From NCBI GenBank assembly GCA_024626585.2, contig JANKJI020000004.1, positions 154,529,859 to 154,549,656 on the forward strand: a DNA stretch of 19,798 nucleotides. Reading direction: 5' to 3'. Shown here piece by piece: positions 11,357 to 19,798 of this stretch. The notes below the pieces were generated by a model. That model did no database searches, was not told where the DNA came from, and saw only the letters and a program-made list of their open reading frames with translations. Position 1 is the stretch's first letter. Every line of letters begins with the position of its first letter. A program made the translations under genes and the position numbers. The DNA is from Ginkgo biloba (taxonomy: Eukaryota > Plantae > Ginkgophyta).

Positions 11357-12985
11357 NNNNNNNNNNNNNNNNNNNNNNNNNNNNNNNNNNNNNNNNNNNN
11401 NNNNNNNNNNNNNNNNNNNNNNNNNNNNNNNNNNNNNNNNNNNNNNNNNNNNNNNNCATTTCTAGGCATCCATCAAGCATCTTCATTTGAGTCTTCTACT
11501 TTAGGAGATTTTCTACTATTCTGGAAGCAAAGTGATTCCCTCTTCTACATCCTTGGAAGTAGAGTGCTTCCCTTCACTTGTCATAGCAGAGTGCTAACAC
11601 TATTATCTTATGGCTAGATAAAGATCTTATGATTATTGGTTACATTATGGAATCTTTACTATACTGATATTATTATGGAGATATTATTGTATATTCCTGG
11701 ATTATTTTGGACTGGTTATTGAAATTCTCTTGATTTGTATGGTAGGAAGGATATTTGGTATATTATCTGGTTATTGTCTTACTTTTGACATAACATTGAT
11801 ATTGTTGAGTTCAACCATAAACCCACCATTGACCCCATTGAGATTTACCTAACCTCCCTCTTAAGTTATGTCAACATACGCTTTCACATCAAAACATGAT
11901 GTCTTATTGTCATTCACATAAGAATATAATAATTATAATAAATGTGTTGTTGTACAATGGCAACCATTATCATTCTCATGTTGCATAGCATACACTATCA
12001 ATATGCCAACGTAAGCCATGACATTTGGACTATCATATGAAATGCCAAGACAAAATGCAACAAGCATTCTTAGGGCTACCAACTTGCACTAAATGGCATC
12101 TTGCAAACTAAATAAATCACTCATTTTAACTATTAGTAGTTTGTGTTCCTCACAAAAAAAACCAACTAATAATTATTTCTCATATTTTGCTTATTTTTGA
12201 ATGCATGCAACAAAAATCACAATGTTCACATCATTTCATATATGCATGGCATGCATCAAATACCTAGGCATGTATGGAATGTGCATGGTAGGGCATCAAT
12301 ACCCGCAAGTTCGAAAGCAATGATTAGAGTTTTGCATGGTCAATAAACTATAGGGAAATAGGAAGGGTGCTAAACAAAAATCATAATTCTAGTTCTACAT
12401 AAAGTTGTGTAAATGTGAGGAATGGTGAGAGTGCGTAAAGCCACCAAAACATGAAGAATTTAAAAAAGTGCGCATATTATATGAATATTTAATTGCTCAC
12501 ATTAGTATGTACATATTTTTATATATTACTAATCAACAATCTATAAGAATGGGCCAAAAGAAAATTTGCAATTGGTTTTTCATTTATGTGTTTCTACTAG
12601 AATAAATTCCTCTTAGAGTTTCTCTACTTTTTGTTGTTTGTGAATTTGAGTGAAATATGATCTTTTACATTCCACGTGCTAACTCTTTCTTCTTCTTCTT
12701 TTTTCATTTTTAGTTTGGTGTATATTGTAACTATGATTTCACTGTAGAATATTTTTTTGGATTTACAACACCTTAAGTTCCTCTGACAAACAAATAAGAA
12801 TACAAATTTAAGTTTTATATGATACATTTGAAATAAGATATTTCTGAAGGAATCAGAGATGAAGATATAAATGACAGAAAGTGCAGAGACTAAGCAATTT
12901 GCCATCTCCAGTTCCTTGGTCTGATTATACAATGTCAACAAACATGTAATTCTGCAGCCTTATCACTAGATAGGATTGAACTTAC

Positions 12986-13119
12986 TTTAAAGCCAGTTCA
13001 GTGTGCTGGAGACGATAATAGAACACAGCAAGGTCACCATAACTTTTCATAGTATCTGGATGGTCAAGACCAAGCTCTCTCTCATTGATGTCCAAAGCCT
13101 TTTGTTGATATATTGTAGC
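12986..13119 (-). CDS. REC1/TSS: Internal exon of a REDUCED CHLOROPLAST COVERAGE / TSS (CLU/FRIENDLY-related, TPR-repeat) protein gene, REC1/REC2-type
   Basis: 134-nt exon (44 codons + 2 nt) encoding [44 protein letters not shown](K), essentially the conserved plant REC/TSS TPR segment. It has a canonical acceptor ...CCTTTTGACAG| and donor |GTAAGT and no stops. REC1 versus REC2 cannot be resolved from this exon. It is absent from the supplied ORF track. Confidence 0.96.
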
Positions 13120-14279
13120 CTGTCAAAAGGATAATTTTTGTAATGATTGACTAGATTGTAAGTACTGTAATTGAGAATGCAGTCTCAGTTCCAGCTTCAT
13201 CTTCTCACTGGGAAATAAAATGCTATAAATATGAAGAGATGGTAATTTGGGGCTGTAGGAAAATAGAAGCAGCATTCGAAGCACTAGTGGTGCAAATCAG
13301 ATTGTATTAAAGAGAAACTTGTAGATATTACTTCTCAAAACAGAGAGGAGGGGTGCAAAAGAAATCAATCATTATGTTCATATAGTTTGAGGATCTGCCA
13401 CTGAGAATTTATATGAACCCAATGCAAATAACGGCTATTTAAGGGCTGATTATGTGGGACGAAAATTCAGAGGAAGGGCTAGCCCAAATAACAATTCATA
13501 ATTTCTCAACCACAAACGAAGAATGGGACATGAACAAACAATAAAAGTTGAACTATGAGGTTATTTTAGTCATAGAGTCCACTGATGAAAATTTGTCCAA
13601 TTCTTTGAAAAGGAAATCTGAGTCTTGACCATAAAAAATGCAGTAGTAAGGAGGAAGTAACAATAGAAAGACATATAGTCTTTAACCCAAATAAAGAACA
13701 GAAAACCACCTATATGAGAAAAGATTACACAACACCATGAAGAATGCAACTGATAGTGCAATTCTGCTTGGCTTGTGCCAGTTAAGATTCAAAACAATTT
13801 GATGGAGCAACACCAAGTAAGAACAGGAACAATAAACATATATTGCTTGCAGCTAAAGCTTAGTGGGGATTGAAAAAATCATTAGTGCTCGCAAGTGAAT
13901 ATACTATAAACAAACATCAAACAGTGAATATGGTTTCAACTTCCACCAAGATGGGGAACAACAGACTGATGATATGAACAGGCACACATGGTACCTAGTT
14001 GATGTATTACAGAGATCACTGAACACAAACACAATTCAGTGCATCAAAGAGAATGTTGACACTACAAAATTACCTTTCAATCCACAACACAACATGTTTG
14101 AAGCATTATATTTAGAAGTATCCACTGGTATGATCATAGCAAAAAGCAGTAGGGTGAACTCTAGTCGCTATTTTATTTAGTCTTTTATAAAATAATGGAG
14201 TTCAGAAATTTATGTCAAAATTGGCTAAGTGATCTACTTGCCGCATTATCTATATAGCTAAAGCGTTTGTTTCAGTTGC

Positions 14280-16604
14280 CATCCAATAAGTGAAAAGAAA
14301 TTTTAAGCTACATGCTTCCTACTTAATTGGTTGGAGGGAAGAAACTAACTAAAAGTTTCTCTTCATCTTGATTAATGCAAAATCATGAAGAAAGGAAAAT
14401 TTGATTCAAGTCTCCTCAATCCATGTTGTATTGTAAAAGGGTAAGGTTTCGTTCAGGACTTTCTTTCCTTAGAAAGAAGATGGAAACATAGTATAACAGC
14501 CTACCTTGATAATATCTATGTGTCTGTTAGCAGTCAACATGGTTTGCAATGGACCCCATATAACTAGTGGATGGTATAACATAGTTAAGAGTCAAGGAAT
14601 TTCCAATGCCATTAGGAAGGCATTAATGTTGGTCTTTCGTGTTTCCTTAAAGAGCTGGAAACCTCTTGTCTTCTAGAAACAAAAACCTTAGATCAAAAGG
14701 ACACATAAATTTACTAGTATATTTGGTCCACTACACGGAGCAAATCAAGAAAATGATATTGTCAATGTTAAAGAGTCTCGGATTTCTTTGATTTATTCTG
14801 ACCAATACACATTCTTTTACCTCCTTACAGCACTATTAGAGGAATGATTGGATGGCTTTTACGAGAAGGTATGTCTTGGCACTCCACACGTGACACAACT
14901 GCTATGCTTAGGGAACCAGTAGAGTGCAAAGTCAAAGAATAAAGGTTATTGTGTTACTCATAACTAAGCTTTTTGGGAAAATACCTAGTAATTGGCAAAG
15001 GAATTGATTCATTCAAGCTAATACAGTGATCAACTATCAAACTGGCTCTCAAAATAAAAAAAACGCAAGTTGGTGAGTTAAAGACAGTATCCCATCAAGT
15101 AAAGGTAAGGTGGCATCCAATAAGATCACTAAGATATACAATATTCCTCCATTATTATCAACAGTTCAAAGGAATGCTTGACCAAGAAATTGCAGGCACC
15201 TGTAGAGTTTTGAGGACAATGATTGTAAAAGGTTATGAAGATCTAGTCCATGCTCCTATGGGATAGAGGATGGTTGGTGTATAAACAACAATCTTGAAAG
15301 AAAGATAGGATTGCATCTTGTCCATATATATCTCCATTGTTCTTAACTCTTGTATCATCAAGCTTGCACTCCTTGTCAAAGTGTATGTGCATTTCAACTT
15401 CAAGGAGAAGTGGAGTTTCTAAGCTCTATTACGGGGGAAAGGAAAGATGGTATGCTCAAGGTCAAAAAATTTGTAATAAGGATTGTTGGTGGATAGAGTC
15501 AATGATATCTATTCCTCTAAAAATGCGAGGGGAAAGAAAGAACGAAAATCATAAACAATTACAATCCTCTTTGATCGTTCTTGGCCAATGCCTCATGGCT
15601 ACAATAGTTAGAAAACTTTTTTGTACTTTTCAAAATGTCGACAAGAGGGGCAATANNNNNNNNNNNNNNNNNNNNNNNNNNNNNNNNNNNNNNNNNNNNN
15701 NNNNNNNNNNNNNNNNNNNNNNNNNNNNNNNNNNNNNNNNNNNNNNNNNNNNNNNGACATCTTGGAGAACCTGAATGTGTCATCTGCATTGAGTTTTCAT
15801 GGAATGTTTGCTTCCTTTCAGTGTCTTTTTGCATCGACTTAAAATTGTAGACTTCTTGCTTGTATTTGTTTCTGATATATCTAAGTGATTTACCTTGCAT
15901 TCAACCAAGAAATTAATTATTTGCTTGTGTTTCAACATCTTTCTTCAATCTACTCGTAGATTTGTTGCTTAATTTTGTTACTGGACATCTGGCAGGTTTT
16001 CAGGAATGCCACTTTGTTTTCAACTAAGTGCAAATACTATCTACAATGGAGTTCTTAAATTCAAGAATCAATGGGTCTGTCTCTTCCTCAAAGGAGTCAA
16101 CATTTCGTGCTGAAGTTTTGGGGGTGGCTTCATTCTTAGAGGATAACAACTTCAACAGCTTTAGACATAGCAGAAGAGTAACAAAAGCCATATTGCTTTT
16201 GGGAACAAGGTAGTGGTGCACGACATAAAAATTGCTAAAGGATGACACAAACATGTAGAATTCATAAGGAAATGTGTTGGATGTGGAATTAGGACAGGTT
16301 GTAACTTGAACAACACAATTTTCAATCTGGATACTAATTTGTTGAATTTTGCTCCATGCTTTGTACCTCAAGTGAACCTTCATGGGGTCCTCAACAATTG
16401 AATGAGTTTGCATGCCGGATATTTGGTGCATAAAACATAAGCATCTAGTTGTAGCAATTGGTCAATGTCTGGTTGTTTCAGAAATCTAGTTATCAGTCAC
16501 AAAATTATCAATAGTTTCAGAAATCCAATTATCGGTCGCAATAGATACGCAGTTACCAGTTGTACACAGACAAAGATGAAACGAATAACAACAATAGAAA
16601 TAAA
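14280..16604 (-). pseudogene. Candidate endogenous viral element: degraded bunyavirus (Phenuiviridae-like) glycoprotein precursor Gn/Gc, class II fusion protein
   Basis: Frameshift-joined translation shows, in order: signal-like LFLLLLFVSSLS; Cys-rich ectodomain fragments (LCTKYPAC, NCVVQVTTCPNST, STCLCHP, LCRAPLPCSQKQYGFCYS); after the gap, YCPSC...YCSHE; RSKR plus a hydrophobic internal signal. Then come Gc-like motifs NHCPQNSTGACNF, GCHLTFT*WDTVFNSPTCVFF, VLNETLPFYNTTW and VGSM*LKISFHL, collinear with the remembered phlebovirus Gc motifs RRCHLVGEC, GCGCFNVNPSCLF, LP and KGSVQADLTLMF. Confidence 0.6.
16475..16543. repeat. 39-bp-period direct duplication, in frame with the glycoprotein-like ORF
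   Basis: GTTTCAGAAATCTAGTTATCAGTCAC at 16475 and GTTTCAGAAATCCAATTATCGGTCGC at 16514. The minus strand reads ATDNWISETIDNF/VTDN*ISET. Confidence 0.8.
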
Positions 16605-16711
16605 NNNNNNNNNNCTTGATTATCAATAAGGTAACATGATGACTTTTCAATATGAATCTTTTTAAAAGGCAGTTGTTGTCTATTTGTACTTGTAAGCCAT
16701 AGGGTAGAAGG

Positions 16712-16780
16712 CATCAATCAATCAAGCATACATCCATCCATGGTTACATCATTTATCATTAATCTATCTATCCATCTATT
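16712..16780. repeat. Degenerate (ATCH)n tetranucleotide low-complexity tract, possibly in an LTR fragment
   Basis: ATCAATCAATCAAGCATACATCCATCCA...AATCTATCTATCCATCTA. Confidence 0.5.
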
Positions 16781-18329
16781 GCATGTCAAATACATTATGT
16801 AGTCTATGTAGACACCATCCAATGCAATAAGATTGAAGCTATTCTTGTTATTCACTACTATATCTATTGCTATTCATTCAACGTAGAAATGTCTATCTAA
16901 TGCAAGATATAATGTCCCCTTTTCTCTCTCATGAATGATAGTATCCGTGGAAGTTCTGATTGTTGACTACTAACTACTCTGTAGACTTCAGAATGCATCC
17001 CTATTGGTGAGAGCAACAAAATTGCAATTCTAGGTCTCACATAGTTGTCAACATATTAACCATACTGTGAAGACTAACCGTGTCGTTCTAGTAGTTAAAA
17101 GCTAACTTAATTGATTGCTCTTGTCACAGTTGATTAAAAATATAAGTTAAAAGAAAACTTAAATAAATACATATTAATTATCAAATTAAACTATTGATAA
17201 AACAAATCCAAGAATAAGAACATAAATTGAAAGGAAATATGCTTGGTAGTTCAAGTTATCTATTCTGACTTTAATGATATAAAGGAATCGTCTAAAATGA
17301 TAGGAAACATNNNNNNNNNNNNNNNNNNNNNNNNNNNNNNNNNNNNNNNNNNNNNNNNNNNNNNNNNNNNNNNNNNNNNNNNNNNNNNNNNNNNNNNNNN
17401 NNNNNNNNNNTGGGCATATAAACCATGACTTTAATTGTGTCATTCCAACAGTTAAGATTGGTTCAGTTGCCTGAGTGGTTCTTCTTAGGTATCCGAGTTA
17501 TCATGGATGTCAATCTAGCCTCGTATTCAGTAACCTTGGCTATCACAAAGGTTACATCGTACTGCTAAAACCCACTAGGATAGCGAGAGGTCTTCATCAT
17601 GCTGCCTAGGGAGCAACTTGTAGTAGATCCACATATTGAATGTCGTGAGCACAAAGAGCGACAAAAACTTGCAATGTCCACAAAAACAAACGTTGANNNN
17701 NNNNNNTTCCAAAAAAGGTGAAAGCCTGACCCCTCAAACAAGGGTAGGTAGTAGCATGTCTAAGGGATTGAGAAAGAAGAAAAAGAAGAAGATTGTGCCC
17801 ACATTGCAAGTTCCCACATCAGAGTAGGAGGATGTTAAATTAGAATTTTGAATCAACGAAAGTGCCTGGACACTATAGGAACGAAGGATGGAATAAGCTT
17901 GGCACTTAACAACAGGGTTGATGAAGACCCCTCAACTAGTAATGTTAATTGGAAAGACAATTTAGACTCAGCTAGTGAGTCCACAATCTTCAAGCCAATT
18001 CGATTAAAAAACACATGAATTGGAAGTAGGATCAATCCTTGAGAGATCACTGACCCTCATGACACCATTCCTAATACAAAGAAATCTGATATTCAAAATG
18101 GCCAAGCATGACAATACTGGACCAAATCAGTGTTATCGTGTTGCAGAATGCTAACACCTTTGCTAGCCTATACTATGAGAGGATCCAGGAACCATCAAAT
18201 CATCTAGCTCTATTTAAAACTATTTTGGATCTAAAGAACATTATTAATGAGTGTGAAATCAAAGCACACTTCTTCAACACGTAAAGAGGACCAAGAATTG
18301 CATGTTACTAATGTAAATTTGAATGACCC

Positions 18330-19798
18330 AAATTGGGAACAATTGCAATCATTATTTTTGGATTGATTTTAGAAACTACAGAGTTCGTGACTATTTCCCA
18401 AGCACTATTTTTACTTTATAGAGAAGTTTTTTTTAATTTTCTTGTGCCAATGCTCATAGCTGTCATGGCAAGCCCACTTGGCAATGGTCATAACCATGCT
18501 CACACTTCTAAGGTACATTTGTTACCAAATAGATATCATAGCAAGTGCACTTTCAATGAGCCAATGTGGCTCCAACCATTACTATCATCTCCAAAGTTGA
18601 TATTCACTACTAGATCTTCTATTATGTCATTCCATTCTCATTTTCACTCTCATTGAGCATGTACACACATTTTCATATTATCATTGTATCATACCCATGA
18701 GTATGGGACATGTCCATACCACTGTGGCCTCTTTCATCTCATTCTATCTTTTGCATGACTCTGGGACATGCCATGTACCGTGCCCCTTCTTCATATTATA
18801 TGGCTAATATTTTTATGAGTGTTTCTTTTCAAGTGAGGGGGTAAAATACTTTGGATGGTACAACTCCTTTTTGTTCTCTCTCCACTCCTTCCTCCTTATT
18901 AACATAATAATCAATATCAATATTAGTATCATTGATGTCATCCACTTTACATAGTTCATCATATTAGTGATTTCATAATTATTTTGGAATGAGATATACA
19001 TACAATGTCACTTCATATTGGTGGATTTTCATTATTAATGGTTCCTTTATAGATAGGTATCTTTCTAAGGATGTCAACTCCTTTATTCATTACTTTCACT
19101 ATGGACCTTAGTGTTTGGGAGATATTTTATCAATGTGATAAATTTTTTGTATTATTGTGTGTATTTAAAACCTCGTATTACATATTTTTTACATACTAAA
19201 ATTCACTTGATACATAATTTGTGCCACATTTATATCCCATTGTGTGATATTGCTCCATTTGGTCACTTATATTATATGGGTAAGCCTCATTTACATATTG
19301 CTCTCTTGCATTTACCTTGCGGTCCCTCACATGGCCTTATTATTCTCATTAACATCATATTATATGGCCAAATACATCATGATCCTTTTACACATTATAT
19401 ATTATGGATCTAGGTACACGTATGAGGTTTCATCAGTTTATTTATACTTCATAATATTTTACATATGGAGATGGTTTTATCTTGTGATACTATTACATAA
19501 TAGAGTAATATAAATAATATTATATATATCAAAAGTAATATTATGACATTGAGGATCTTATCTTAGATAATGAGATACACTACCTAGCACTTCATAAGTT
19601 TTTATTATTATCGAGGTTATGAGGCTAACTTATCATATAAATACCCATTGCTAATAAGATAAAGTGTGTGTATGGGGGAGGGGGAGGCATAGGGTATCTA
19701 TTGTAGTATCTACATTATCATTTAAAATATTTTATCATGGATTCTAGAATCTACTTTCTTCATAAAGATCACTTGAGAAGACTTAACTTCATCTATAA
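18330..19798 (+). mobile_element. Probable decayed LTR-retrotransposon non-coding/LTR sequence
   Basis: CA/TG-rich, CpG-depleted low-complexity sequence with a short internal repeat (TGGGACATG at ~18704 and ~18762). It has a TATA-like TATAAATA (~19636) and a purine tract GGGGGAGGGGGAGG (19674-19687). No diagnostic protein domain. Confidence 0.3.

Larger units (their letters stand above)
1149..17706. other. Twelve assembly gaps
   Basis: N-runs at 1149-1639, 2794-3034, 4117-4216, 4726-4771, 4986-5099, 6635-6644, 9184-10105, 11357-11456, 15656-15755, 16605-16614, 17311-17410 and 17697-17706. Those of exactly 10 or 100 N are probably placeholders of unknown true size. Confidence 0.95.

Noticed and set aside
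13120-14270. Continuation of the Gc-like protein (domain III/TM) or further host exons
   Set aside because: All three minus frames are stop-rich with no GCY.C-type domain III motif or REC peptide. The composition looks like ordinary T-rich intron.
14280-15560. Host HAP2/GCS1 fusogen pseudogene
   Set aside because: No HAP2-specific motifs were recognised, it is intronless, and it is preceded by a separate Gn-like moiety.
15566-15577. RSKR as a furin cleavage site
   Set aside because: It is directly followed by a hydrophobic stretch, so it fits better as the basic n-region of an internal signal peptide. Not fully excluded.
15337-15774. Plus-strand 145-aa ORF (also 16028-16213 and 13974-14180)
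   Set aside because: No recognisable motifs. These are best explained as antisense shadows of the minus-strand remnant or chance ORFs.
19674-19687. G-rich tract as a definite polypurine tract marking a 3' LTR start
   Set aside because: It is not immediately followed by TG and lies just after a TATA-like motif. It is ambiguous, so no boundary was called.

Overview
AT-rich, CpG-poor land-plant genomic DNA from a fragmented draft assembly with 12 N-gaps, several of placeholder size (10 or 100 N). A gymnosperm or fern host is likely, but that is inference. The only clearly intact host feature is one 134-bp minus-strand exon (12986-13119) of a REDUCED CHLOROPLAST COVERAGE/TSS (CLU-family, TPR) gene. 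The rest looks like giant intron filled with decayed elements: two diverged Ty3/gypsy gag copies, aspartic-protease remnants, an L1-type LINE ORF2 remnant, LTR-like pieces and a possible non-autonomous DNA transposon. The standout is about 14280-16604 (minus strand). It is a frameshifted, stop-riddled pseudo-ORF whose architecture and motifs resemble a bunyavirus (Phenuiviridae-like) Gn/Gc glycoprotein precursor with a class II fusion protein, i.e. a candidate non-retroviral endogenous viral element in a plant intron. All family calls come from manual translation and remembered motifs; no database search was run.
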